IMG/VR virus record: IMGVR_UViG_3300042862_000066
Span: 1-64,000 of that record
Length of the DNA stretch: 64,000 nucleotides
Reading direction: 5' to 3' (one strand)
Source of the DNA: a virus
Shown here: positions 27,601 through 36,900 of the stretch, in pieces
Layout of the letters: each line of letters opens with the position of its first letter
How positions within the stretch are numbered: the first letter of the stretch is position 1
Notes under the pieces: model-generated
The model's input: the letters and a program-made list of their open reading frames with translations, nothing else
Databases searched by the model: none
Told to the model about the DNA's origin: nothing
Program-made: the position numbers and the translations under genes

Positions 27601-30600
27601 GGGATAAGTGGCATCAAAGAGTACTTATGAAATGCATATAGAGGAAGACCATCTGTTTTAAGCGGTCCCCAGTACTGCATCTTTTTAACTGGGAAGAATT
27701 GAAGAAGGTCTTCAGTAATTTCTTCGCCATTAATTATTTTATTATATAGAGACTCCTGGTTAGTAGTCCATTTATTTAATGACATAAGTAATGCACGATA
27801 AGCATCAAAGTTTATCCAACCTTGACCATCGGCTTCAGTCATCTTCTCGTATTCTGAGAATCTCTTTGTTATATCTTTTACAGCTCTCTCAATTTGTTCT
27901 TCAGAAGCTCCTCTGTCTTTTAAACGTTTCTTTGTATACGCTACAGCAGACTTAACATAATCAGCATGATATACAGACTTGGTTATAGGATCTTCCATAA
28001 CTGCAGATACCATTGTCTTACCAAACTTCTTCGGAGTATATCCGAACTTTGAAGCAAGACTATTAGCACTAAGTCTAGCATTGATGTAGTCTTGCATGTA
28101 TAGGTCAGTACGTGGGATTCCTCCTGTGGCACCGATACCTGCATTACGTTTAAAGAATTCATCTTTAGCGTGGTTATATAAACCAGGGTCTCCGTAAAAC
28201 ATTAATACGGTCTCAAGATTTTGTTGCCAGCTATTAGCGACGTAAGCCTCAGCAATAGAATCTATAAGTTCTTGTTTACGCTCAGCACTAATTCTGTTAC
28301 TGTATTCTTTCTCACCAAGCATCTTCTCAAGAAGAGGATCTACTAAAGCAGAGTTATTATAGAAGTCAACTTTATTTAATTCCTTGTTGAATTCAGAAAC
28401 TTGACTAGTTAGATACTTACCTATTTGTGTTTCTACTTGCTCTCTTAGCTCTACATCGTTATTCAATTCAGCTAAGAATTGTTCCTGAGTAGCAATTCCT
28501 TTCTCACTATATTTTTTAAGTGCGGTTTTAGTATTGCTGTTTAGAATCTTATCAAAGATTACAAACTCGGACCCGACTTTCTTATAAGTATCATTTCCTA
28601 CTAATGCATTACCTGCTACCTTTTCTGATTGTACTTTTTGAATACGCTCATACTCTGATCCAAGATGCTGAGTAAGATCTTTAATAAATTGTATCTTACC
28701 TAGAGACTGACCATTCTGTGTTTTTTTAGAGAAGTCAGAAAGAGTAATAAGATGTCTTATTTTATTTTCTGCATTTCCAAAGTCATTAGGGTCTCCAGTA
28801 ATTAAACGGTACAGGTAGGTAGTAGACTTATCCGCATGACGGGTACCTTCAGATACTCCGTAGAGCATCATCATATACAAATCTTGTAAAGTCTTAGTCA
28901 TAGCATCAGCACTAGCTGAAGCAACGCCGCTTCTGTCAATTATATTCTTAACTGATTTAGTTTCAAAGCTAGCACCAGACATATTTAATAATTGGATCTC
29001 AGCTTTAATCGTATCACCATAGGAGTTTCTCCAAATAGCTTTCTCACCATCCTTAGTAAATAATCTAGCCATGAACTTAGAAGACTTCATGAATGGATTA
29101 CGAGACTTAGCTAGGTGATTCATACTTAAATCAGTAGCGCCTTCTACGCCCTCTTGTGTAAGAGCAGTAATTGTATCAGCACCATTAATACTATCTATCT
29201 GGTTCATCAAAGTACCGCGTAGAGATTTCTCATATTGATTTTCTCCCTCAGCGTTAGACACTGTAGTATCAGAGAAATCGTCTGACCACTTAAGCTGGAA
29301 CTTCTGTATAGCAGTAAACTTAGGAGCGATACCACCAAGCATTGCTTTAAGTAAACGATCGTTTGTATTAACCTTATACTTAGCAAACAACTGACTAGGT
29401 CTAGTTATTACAATAGGGTTCTTAGCCCCAACAGTATTGTTGTATGTATATATACCGAACTTAAGATGTCTATGTAAGTCATAGATAGCCTTAAAGGTTT
29501 CGTCTTCCGAAGAAAGCATTGCTTTTCTAGTAGTAGCGTTATCTTCTAATGGCATACCGATATCTTCCATAAAGCTAAATAGTCCATCCAGGTTCTTCTT
29601 ACTAAGAAGATTACCATGCTTAGCCATTACAGCCTTTATGTTTAAGCTATTAACATTATCCTTAGATAGAACTATAAAGTCTCCTTCAGGTGCTATAGCA
29701 AATGCATTATCCCATTTAGAACCAACCTTGCGATATTCTCCTCCAGCACGTACTGGAGTAATACTTAATGTAGTTTTTACAGTAGAACCTGCAGTCTGAT
29801 TAATCTCATCCTGCTGAATCTCTTCTTCATCCTTATACTCGTTAGCCAATCCCATATGAAGAGACACAAGAGGAATACGCTTCATAGTCATGATCTGCGT
29901 AATCTCTGTCCATAACTCTTGGGAAGTTCTTTCCATTGTAGAAGGAGGCCCGACCTTTTGCAAGAACTGCTTTATCATAGGGTAATCCTCTGATGCAGCA
30001 GACAACATGTTATAAACATCATCTATGTTTCTAGCTCCGTCAGTAATATTATAGATACGGTTCCATGCAGCGTTGTAGTCCATCAGCATAGGGAACCCTA
30101 ACTTATTGAGTCTAACGCTACCATCTTTCTCGTAGGCATAAAGACTACGGATAGTGTATAGGAGAGTAGGAGAAGCCAATGCTTTCGCTGAACTCTCGTT
30201 ACCAGATTTAGCTTCGAACTCGTTCTTTAGAGATAGTTTACTATCATCCATACCCTCTAGTTCCGCCAACTGACGATCTTCGAACTGCATGAACTTGCTG
30301 TTCTCCATGTGGTATTTGATTACCCCTTCTGGTTTAGCTAAGTTATTTGGATCACCAAAGTGTCTTAGGGCATATGATAACATGTCTATCTCATAATCGA
30401 TATCTTGTATATCAAATCCTTCTGCCACCATGTCATTACGGTCTAGGATCGCGTTATATAATGCCTCAGTAAGTTTCTGTTCAGCATACTTATACGCTGT
30501 TGCTCTTCCGGCTACTGTACGAATTACAGATGTAGTAAACGTTTTAGTTCCAGATCCATTTAGTTTGTCAATAGCTTGAGAGAATAACGCATCTATAGTA

Positions 30601-33600
30601 GATCCTATTAATCTAGAATCCTCATATGATAACTTGCTAGGGTCGCGTAATTCTTGTGGGGTCGTAGACTGTACAGTTCTATTACTATTTAGAGTAGTAA
30701 ATACTCTATTAGCTTGGTTAAATGTGTACTGGTTAAGATCTCCTACTCGTAGCTTCTCATACATCTCGTTAACATAACTGCTGTTACCGCCGTTAGTTAG
30801 GATGTCTTCCGATCTAGTTTTACCGAATAGCTCCATCAAGAAATCAAATATCTTTTGGAAGATGTTTCTCTTTACTGGTGACTTAGCTACAGGCTTCTTA
30901 TTACCAAGCATATACTCGCGGAAGTCTTCTGCTAAGTATTCTTCTATTTCCTCTTCTGTTGCTTTTGCAAACTCTACTGTGTTACCAGAGAATGCTACAA
31001 ATTTTCCTTTCTGTTTTCTAGCCTCGCTATAAAGTTTTTCTCTTTCAACCTCGGTCAAGAACATTTGGGTAAATCCGTGCCAAGCTTCGTGGTATAGATC
31101 AGAGTAATCTGACCCTTTAAACAGTGTGATACCATTTACATCCCAACGAGCAATACCATTCTTAGTAGCAGTATTGACAGCATTAAACATTACCTTAAAT
31201 GGTATATGTTGTCTAAGTGGGCTATTCTCATACCAGGTCTTAGCGGCAGCAATTTGTTCTCTAGTTGCTGTAACGTTACCCTGGATTTTTAATTTGTTTT
31301 TATTCTTATTGATGAATTCGTCATCACCAGAAAGCTTATCTAATATATCGCTATCAGCACTTGTCTTTCTTCTACGGAAAACTTGTTGCTTAGTAGCTTC
31401 ATTTACAACCACTTCTGTAGCTGCAGGTTTTTCAACTACCGGAGCTTCTGTAACTACTTCAGTAGTAGCAGGTTGATTATCAGCTTTGATAGCAAGTTTC
31501 TTAAAAGCTCTATCATTAATGATGTCTTCGTATGCTCCTACTGTCGTTGCTCCAGATTGCTCATAAGTTAAAAGACTGTGCTGGTACTCGTGTTCCATCA
31601 CAAAATTCTCGAAGTCTTGATATGTAGCAAATGCGTCTTCAGCTAATGCTGTAGCAAATGATCCATCTTTTTGTTTACGAGATTTAGTCCAGGCTTTCTC
31701 CTCAAACTTCTTTTTAAGAAACTCTCTATTAATAATAATCTTATTATTAGTTCGATCGTATCTAGCAGCTCCCGGCTCACCCGTTGCTGCTTTAATGGAT
31801 GATCTATCTATTACTGGAATACCATTATAGGTTTCTTTTTTAATACCAAGTAATGGGCTAATAAGATCATCGTACTTTTCGTATATCTTTTCGTACGCTT
31901 CTAATTCGGCAGCAGACATTTTAGTTTTATCTATCTTACCGTCTATCTTATAGTTTTCTATATTAGGTATAGCCTTAAGAAGTTCTTTTTGTTCTTCGGC
32001 TCTATACTCTGCTACCTTAGTATCTTTAGCAGAAACTTTAGCAGACTTTGCAATTATTGCATTTATCTCACCAGTCTTACCTGTAAAGATTGCTGTCTCT
32101 CGTGGTGATAATGTCTCTTTATTAATTACTTTATTAGCAATAATATCTAAGATAATATCAGATACGATATTCTTATCTACAAATTTTGTGTAGTCTTTAT
32201 CGCTAATGATATCCTTGCTTTCAACAATAACTTTAGCAGTATCAGCATTGATTGGTGCTACCTTAAAATAAGGATTATACTGTTTAACTTTACCCTCAAC
32301 ATCTAAGTCTACTTTTACTGTAGCAAAACTTTCTAAGTACTCCGAGTAAGGAACATTTGTGATAGATGCTTTGTCACCAGTAATGGTAAACATAGATACC
32401 ATACCATTAGCGCTAGCCTTAGCAGTGTCTATTACATATTCTCTTCCACGTCCTTTTGCATTAGTCTTAAAAGCTGCCGTAAGTTCTTCTCTTGATTTTG
32501 CTGTATTAGAAAGGTTTAGTTTTTCTCCTTGGTATTTAACAAAAAACTCTCCAGTTGAACTGTCGACACCGTAGCTAATATCTTTAACAGAACTTAATAC
32601 GTAAGTACCTATTATCTTTTTCTTATCGGCATTAGTAATAATCTCCCCTGCAGTGTCAGTATCTACATCAAGAATAAGGCTTACGATATTATTAACTAGC
32701 TCGTCACTAAGACTTTTATTTATGATTGGTACGGGAGTATTAGTTTCATTAGGGGTAACGTATATACCACCAAATGAATTTTTAGAAACTGCTCCCGGAG
32801 CAAAGAAACTAAAGTTTAAGTTCTGCTTTCCAAAGTAGCTTCCGCTATAAGGAATAGGCTTAGCATCAATGTCACTTATTGCACCAAAGCTACCAAAGTC
32901 TATAGAGTTAATGATCTTGTTTCCTTTAGCGCCTCTGATATAATCATAGGCTGATTCTAGGAAATCAAAACCTTGTCTTAAATATTCTCTAGCCTCATCT
33001 ACAGACATGTTAAAGTTCTTAGCAATCTCTTGGGGATTCTGAGTATTAGTTACTCTGTCCACGTCTGCGGCGCCATCCTTAGTTTTACTAGGAAGATATC
33101 GGCTATTATAATAAACTACTTTACCGTCTTCTGCTACTTCATACTTATCATTAAGTCTAACAATATTTCCTTGTTTATCTGTAAGAGCATATACAAAAGC
33201 ATTCTTGTAATCCTCAATTATATAATCAGTATCTACTCCAGACTTAATTACTGATGCTACATGAGGATAGGTATCATTTACATCTATCTCGTTGTATCGC
33301 ATCAGAGTAAGGAATAAACCTCCGTCTACTCCTTTGTAGGGAACACCTTGCTCAGGAGTTTTAGCTTCTCCTGCCAGTAGTTTACTTAATACGTCTTTTG
33401 TAAAGTTTGTATAGAACTTCATTCTTGGGTCAGAACCATTTTCTTCTTTACCCTCAAGAAGTTCCTGTATAGAAGTACTTAACGGACTGTCCGGTTTTCT
33501 TGTTCTACCATATACAGTATTAGATGAACCTAATGCTAAAGAAGTTTGAACCTTGTCAATCTGATCTTGAATAGTAAGTTCTTCTTTAGTCTTAGCTAAT

Positions 33601-33956
33601 TCTACCGCAGGATTAGTATCTACTCCTAGGAAGGCAGCAGTTTCATCAAAGCCGTCTTTATCATCAGCTACTAGTCTAGCTAGTCCTCCCACCTCTCTTA
33701 TATCTAAACCAAGGTCTTCAAGTTCTGCAAACTTTTCTTCTACGCCCCATAGTTGTTTTATGAAAGGTATAGACATGCGAGCATAGTCGATTGCTGAGTT
33801 CTGATTATTTGTAAGACCGTATACACGGTTATACATATCATTCAGATACGTCTTTAGATCAAATGGAGTTTTATTTTCCACATAAGTCAAAAGATCCTTC
33901 GCAATTTTAGTACGAAGGATCCTTAATTGTTTATCGCTAAGAGTACAAGTAATCAT
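21603..33956 (-). CDS. virion-packaged two-barrel RNA polymerase (crAss/phi14:2 gp66 type), 4117 aa, fused to zincin domains and a RecD/Dda-like SF1B helicase
   Basis: ADGQGW, RIPVQGLNS, catalytic GGDFDIDK (DFDIDK at 26430-26447), VDVAKD; HEYQH (31578-31592) and HEAWH (31077-31091); helicase motifs GYAGTGKT, DESS, GDPAQ, QVERQ, TIHKSQG, YVALSRA. Confidence 0.9.
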   Translation of the reverse strand: MITCTLSDKQLRILRTKIAKDLLTYVENKTPFDLKTYLNDMYNRVYGLTNNQNSAIDYARMSIPFIKQLWGVEEKFAELEDLGLDIREVGGLARLVADDKDGFDETAAFLGVDTNPAVELAKTKEELTIQDQIDKVQTSLALGSSNTVYGRTRKPDSPLSTSIQELLEGKEENGSDPRMKFYTNFTKDVLSKLLAGEAKTPEQGVPYKGVDGGLFLTLMRYNEIDVNDTYPHVASVIKSGVDTDYIIEDYKNAFVYALTDKQGNIVRLNDKYEVAEDGKVVYYNSRYLPSKTKDGAADVDRVTNTQNPQEIAKNFNMSVDEAREYLRQGFDFLESAYDYIRGAKGNKIINSIDFGSFGAISDIDAKPIPYSGSYFGKQNLNFSFFAPGAVSKNSFGGIYVTPNETNTPVPIINKSLSDELVNNIVSLILDVDTDTAGEIITNADKKKIIGTYVLSSVKDISYGVDSSTGEFFVKYQGEKLNLSNTAKSREELTAAFKTNAKGRGREYVIDTAKASANGMVSMFTITGDKASITNVPYSEYLESFATVKVDLDVEGKVKQYNPYFKVAPINADTAKVIVESKDIISDKDYTKFVDKNIVSDIILDIIANKVINKETLSPRETAIFTGKTGEINAIIAKSAKVSAKDTKVAEYRAEEQKELLKAIPNIENYKIDGKIDKTKMSAAELEAYEKIYEKYDDLISPLLGIKKETYNGIPVIDRSSIKAATGEPGAARYDRTNNKIIINREFLKKKFEEKAWTKSRKQKDGSFATALAEDAFATYQDFENFVMEHEYQHSLLTYEQSGATTVGAYEDIINDRAFKKLAIKADNQPATTEVVTEAPVVEKPAATEVVVNEATKQQVFRRRKTSADSDILDKLSGDDEFINKNKNKLKIQGNVTATREQIAAAKTWYENSPLRQHIPFKVMFNAVNTATKNGIARWDVNGITLFKGSDYSDLYHEAWHGFTQMFLTEVEREKLYSEARKQKGKFVAFSGNTVEFAKATEEEIEEYLAEDFREYMLGNKKPVAKSPVKRNIFQKIFDFLMELFGKTRSEDILTNGGNSSYVNEMYEKLRVGDLNQYTFNQANRVFTTLNSNRTVQSTTPQELRDPSKLSYEDSRLIGSTIDALFSQAIDKLNGSGTKTFTTSVIRTVAGRATAYKYAEQKLTEALYNAILDRNDMVAEGFDIQDIDYEIDMLSYALRHFGDPNNLAKPEGVIKYHMENSKFMQFEDRQLAELEGMDDSKLSLKNEFEAKSGNESSAKALASPTLLYTIRSLYAYEKDGSVRLNKLGFPMLMDYNAAWNRIYNITDGARNIDDVYNMLSAASEDYPMIKQFLQKVGPPSTMERTSQELWTEITQIMTMKRIPLVSLHMGLANEYKDEEEIQQDEINQTAGSTVKTTLSITPVRAGGEYRKVGSKWDNAFAIAPEGDFIVLSKDNVNSLNIKAVMAKHGNLLSKKNLDGLFSFMEDIGMPLEDNATTRKAMLSSEDETFKAIYDLHRHLKFGIYTYNNTVGAKNPIVITRPSQLFAKYKVNTNDRLLKAMLGGIAPKFTAIQKFQLKWSDDFSDTTVSNAEGENQYEKSLRGTLMNQIDSINGADTITALTQEGVEGATDLSMNHLAKSRNPFMKSSKFMARLFTKDGEKAIWRNSYGDTIKAEIQLLNMSGASFETKSVKNIIDRSGVASASADAMTKTLQDLYMMMLYGVSEGTRHADKSTTYLYRLITGDPNDFGNAENKIRHLITLSDFSKKTQNGQSLGKIQFIKDLTQHLGSEYERIQKVQSEKVAGNALVGNDTYKKVGSEFVIFDKILNSNTKTALKKYSEKGIATQEQFLAELNNDVELREQVETQIGKYLTSQVSEFNKELNKVDFYNNSALVDPLLEKMLGEKEYSNRISAERKQELIDSIAEAYVANSWQQNLETVLMFYGDPGLYNHAKDEFFKRNAGIGATGGIPRTDLYMQDYINARLSANSLASKFGYTPKKFGKTMVSAVMEDPITKSVYHADYVKSAVAYTKKRLKDRGASEEQIERAVKDITKRFSEYEKMTEADGQGWINFDAYRALLMSLNKWTTNQESLYNKIINGEEITEDLLQFFPVKKMQYWGPLKTDGLPLYAFHKYSLMPLIPNLIQGKNLEALQKKMLEQGVDYALLNSGSKINTLTKNGTADKFYKDASSNRDKTLAIDEEGYEFTPNEIFMDYFKDQLEVHDHFNEKVTFSTQLRKLIEDGLMENGVPTDWRPDIKDATERVLAWEQALESGQEIDSKNYTKLLKYEANLARLVEIKKDQLRKEIGNNMEDLIAFVKRELTRQELAEHELNFIDYDGQTGELKNSLELSLSVDKIEKLLVGVIQKRLINQKINGEALVQVSGVGFEDANKNMRNATEKEIKQYGTNGLTFYEEILDENKNVIGTKAIKVKISLQGSFKNLLKRDDVLKKAQQDGTTPLKALNTLIKQESWLSDGDNRAMVTMVAARIPVQGLNSMEFMEVFEFLPEESGNIVILPAEIVAKSGGDFDIDKMFTMMPNIKAVVKTVSDSTLESLSEEMGRKVTRDEIKNIFKMMEFENPLSEDEQTIYDFIENFGTEQTIVSLAKGDNVKGIENALIADSVDILSMPENFINLITPNGTDILKPIANTMAEQIRGEAPGSKKSPTEIFELGRNLYKHQANSVGKAVLGIIAVNNTFNTLFARTGLVMDTTRILTTDGKGQPVFMTQELYLPHNEIDNKISLSSAYSADLSNRVADIINQMINGAVDVAKDAWIFDIQGNKEVIPSLLFMIQAGVPVKQAVYFVSQPIIRDYIELQRKLKSQFAVPVGYKDVGMFYRIEARNTILFESGDFTATPGEYLNDKGRYDKSKVFNLLREYASQPSLFDENNLETNMKASRLAGYTEADKAVFAHFVEIQEMAGQVTQLTQALKFDNDKTSTLWDARMKLEKMETVSNGISRESIRKIADESPISAFKIQDFIIEQYNRLFPLRDSQAMNATLNYVYAKQKDGLVPIMGIKKKTGQDDETFQRTFRNDLMSFLFQQDYYNFSTNPTTYQGKDVSRDVREVTSLTSGVAIKGDKIYADYATIKNLFESGAYSNPLQWETSAPVDQTVFDFYDEKTGLKLFTKFLFERETLRSYAENSEDAIKATEEFNKYFKSFNVDESEPYRNQKAYEAVLRDRALDNLNYHGHMFYGERAYGRQVLGIKAKYPELFTTYPILSNLEAFTKPYGTTTITNVKFANTLLTSDDLNVYHNNLQDLANPSVSKVSDPTDNENISKIFQRFALFSMIQTGTDLKTTYSMVRALPTEMTTLLLEKPYNDFINKSVPEQQAIVTSYTGLFTDQYSKDNFLSKKVKNYTEDVSKDALVLGEGKNRIINLDPIAQIAVETEKVDVDQEGVSRTIEVGGIPINLDTLGISFQPNSQQVEALNNIAEFIGKGFDENSAIEDNMYTLMGYAGTGKTSITKILLDYLNKAGKSVDITATTHKAKGVLAQAVGRKTKTIHTVLSLAPNIDPARVDLDTLNMSPAKEKPVIPADVIIIDESSFIGPDLFEFIKDKAEKDGQQVIFVGDPAQIKPVAPNSTSDEVTLKENSPVFREVSNKSELTQVERQATGNPLGPILDALRGNLHATKDAFAHRTALNGNEGIVFNDSGKSFIQSAVNAFRSDNFKANRNFTRVITYLNERVPQYNNAVRQGLGYTEEYVPGEILMGYDNYKKNKNGEYDINNSVDYVVLSAEYVEDQPIAKNVVEAAGLQPYSGSGYKLVIQDISDKRAKPVEVFMLSRNNEDSLYDNLGEQAQKLASLAKVENSLWRYYYAFKESFGTDRAIKHQGRTVIKKTLDYGYSHTIHKSQGATYTNIFVDLGSISKSQDIEERNQMKYVALSRATNVAYVLSGAAEGVAPELDWNMEFGKQMPVKSEVRTADDITTLSQVTLVEDPRTGIRTFKYALEKKDGISQPMTGVLTDETMASFKTDYPNALVLYNETTTGEGGTAGTNTVWRGLGTNAVGLPTKKGTRPTKVGSDKINLVDALTDDTLAENKVIIDQAIANIKNQMAKPNRFIVFDQYGYGQYMLGYTENTPLAKNPKFAPVAKQTFLYLSEQLFRNFGYVNPHYLQFSEGRKVVQKEQPISDDDVIEQNKKC

Positions 33957-36900
33957 TATTCGCAGCCTAAAGAGTTATCAAATTCGTCGTCAATTTCTTT
34001 CTGGTCAGCAGCCTTAGCTTTTTCTAAGTCTGCATTAATTGCATCGACCCCATTTACATCTACAGCGTTACTAACATTAGTATTAGAGTTCTCTACTTCA
34101 TCTGGAGTTACGGTTACCCCTGTTGGGATATTTTCCGCATTCTGTCTGTACATATACTCTACACCGTTTTTAAGATCAGTTGGGTTCAATATCATAGTTT
34201 CTTCTGAATTAAGCGGTTTAATTCTAATAGTATTGTCTGAGGTATTCTTTCCGAGTACTTGTACAATACCACTTCTACCGTATTTTTTTCTGTCTTTCAT
34301 TACCAGCAAGTCGTTCTTGCCTACTTCTTCAAAGGTAGGAATTTTTGAGGACAATTCCTGCATTTTTTTATTCATAAGTTTGGTAAAGTCCTCGATAGAT
34401 AGACCCTCATCCTCTGCCATTAAGTTGGTAGTATTGTTACGGATATCTTCAAGTTCTTCCAAAGTTGTGGCGTCCTCAATGCTTTGTTTAACCTTACCTT
34501 TTATTCTTTCTTTTACTGTATAAGTTTTGGCCTTACCTGTAAGTACATCACCAACTTGTTCAGTAATTTCAAACATCTCGATGTTTTTACTAACCTTTGC
34601 TTTCTTAGCACCTAATTCGTAAGATCTAATATTAGCTACAGCTTTTTTACCTAAGGCCTCTTCAATGACATCATCATTTTTATTTATGAGAATCATGTCA
34701 GCATTCTTGGCAAATCGTCCTGATGTTGTAATAACCGTGTTACCAGCATCAGCGGCTGCTTGCATTCTAGTAAGAGTCTCTGCGTAAACCTCAGCTGCTT
34801 TTTTACTATCTGACTTAAATAAACTAAATAGAACGTCGCCTAGATTTTTATCTCCTACAGCAATACCGTTGTCTGCTAATACCTCTTTAAAGATATCATC
34901 TGTGTTTATTACATCTTCTCCTAAAGCACTGACATCCATATTGTTATGGACGGTGGTATAGATAATCTTACCCTTAAACTTACTTTTTACTTTGCTCTTA
35001 GGCTTATTTCCTTTCTTATGTGCATCTATAGCAGCCATAGCCTGTTCTTCAGTATCAAGATATTCAGCTATGATCTCTCCGTCTTTGATAACATTATATG
35101 TATCATCGTTGTAAAGATAAACTGTGTATCCATCTACTTCTTTTTGTTCTTTTACAGCACTTGGATCAACAGTAACAGGTGCTCCAGTCAAACCATTTCT
35201 TTTATTATAGTTAGCTATAACTCTTGCTGCTCTTGGTTCACGTTTAATATAACGAGATATATCACTGTCAGGAATAATTGGTTTATTATTAGCAATCTGT
35301 TCCTGGTTAAATAGCTTAAGATCAGCTCTAAGAATTGTTTGCAAATCCTTAGGCATTTCATTCATAGGGGTATCTACTGTAATAGCTTGTCCACCTGCAG
35401 TAGTTGTAGGTGTAATTACATTAGACTCTCCTTTTGAAAGTATAGGATTACCTTGGAACTTATTAGATATGATACCAACTGCCTCATCTAAAGCACTATT
35501 ACTAGAAACTTTTTTAAATCCTAGAAGCTTACCTAAGAATTTTCTGATCTTGTCTACAAGCTCTGTCCAAAGATTCTCATTGGTTTTTTCATACGGGATA
35601 GCATTTAAAGCATTCTGTGCCAATGGGTTAGTCAGGGCCTCGGCCATAAACTTCTCAGGACTTGCGAGCATTGTATTAAATACAGCAACGTCATTAGGGT
35701 CTGTTAAAGAATCTTTGTTTGCTTCTCTAAATGTAATCGCAGCATCCATTAATCCTTTAATAGCTTTTGAGAAAGCTGGGTCTGATAACCCTTCTTCTGT
35801 CATCTTCTGGATCAACGGATTTAATACAGAGTATTCAAATGCAACTTGGATGTCTCCAAAGTCTGATGCTGAGTAACGTAAGTCTACGATTATTCCATCA
35901 TTCTTAGAATAACTAAATGCGATAGGCTGAGTTGTAGAGATTTCCATCTCCTCCTCAGGTTTAACAAACGTAAGCATTCTACGGGCTAATGCTCTTGCTG
36001 CAGGCTTACCGTATCTGTTCGCTATAATATAATCTAGTACGTCAGATGTTTTAACCATCTGAGACTTAAGCTTAGGATCTAATCCTAGGCCTTTCATTAA
36101 ATCTCGTAAAGATCGTTTGTCGTTCTTTGATTTAAAATCATATGCTCTAACAAAAGACTCGGCGCCCTCTTCTGCAATTACTTTACCCGCTAGGTTAAAT
36201 CCATTCTCTTCTTCAAAGTCTTCTAGGAAGTCAAGGATCTCTTTATATCTAGGGCTATTTGTTTCGATAGGTTTTTTAGTCGCAGCATCATAAAATGTAG
36301 ATGGTACTCTTTCGCCGCGCATCAAAGCGTCTATTTCATCAGGCATAAAGAATACGTTAAACTTTTCGTACATCTCACGGATAAGGTCATTAACCTTCAT
36401 TCTGTTTTCAAACTCGCTAAGAGACTCCTGTAATTTTTTAGCAGCAATCTGATGAGCTGCTCTAGCAGCACCACTAAACTTTTTAGCCGACTCTGAAAAA
36501 TACATAGGATCATTAAGAAGGTTAACCATCATACTAGCAGCTTTTGAATCTACATCAAGCTCTAGATAATCTTCTAGCATACCGTATACTCTGTCTATGT
36601 CTGTAGCAAGAAGAGGCTTTCCTCCTTTTGCTGAAGCAGCGGCAAGAACCTTTAAGTAGTTTTCTAAGTCACCTCGCATTTCTTTTTTAAAGTAATCTAC
36701 GTGACGAGATGCCGCGTCAGACTCCTCAAAATTTAATTCAGTTTGTCTTGTAGCTCCTATTATAGTTAAAGACTTAGAGTTAACACTTACTTCTTTTGTT
36801 TTAGTATTACCTTTTGCATCAGTATATTGAATAACAACCTTGTTATTCTTTTTGCTAATAATCTTACCATTAATAGGTTTACCAGCTTTACCTTTATAAC

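Noticed and set aside
8371-33956. Inteins in PolB, vRNAP or the helicase domain
   Set aside because: No intein N-terminal block or HN-[CST] junction seen; motif spacing is normal and the vRNAP has no internal Cys.
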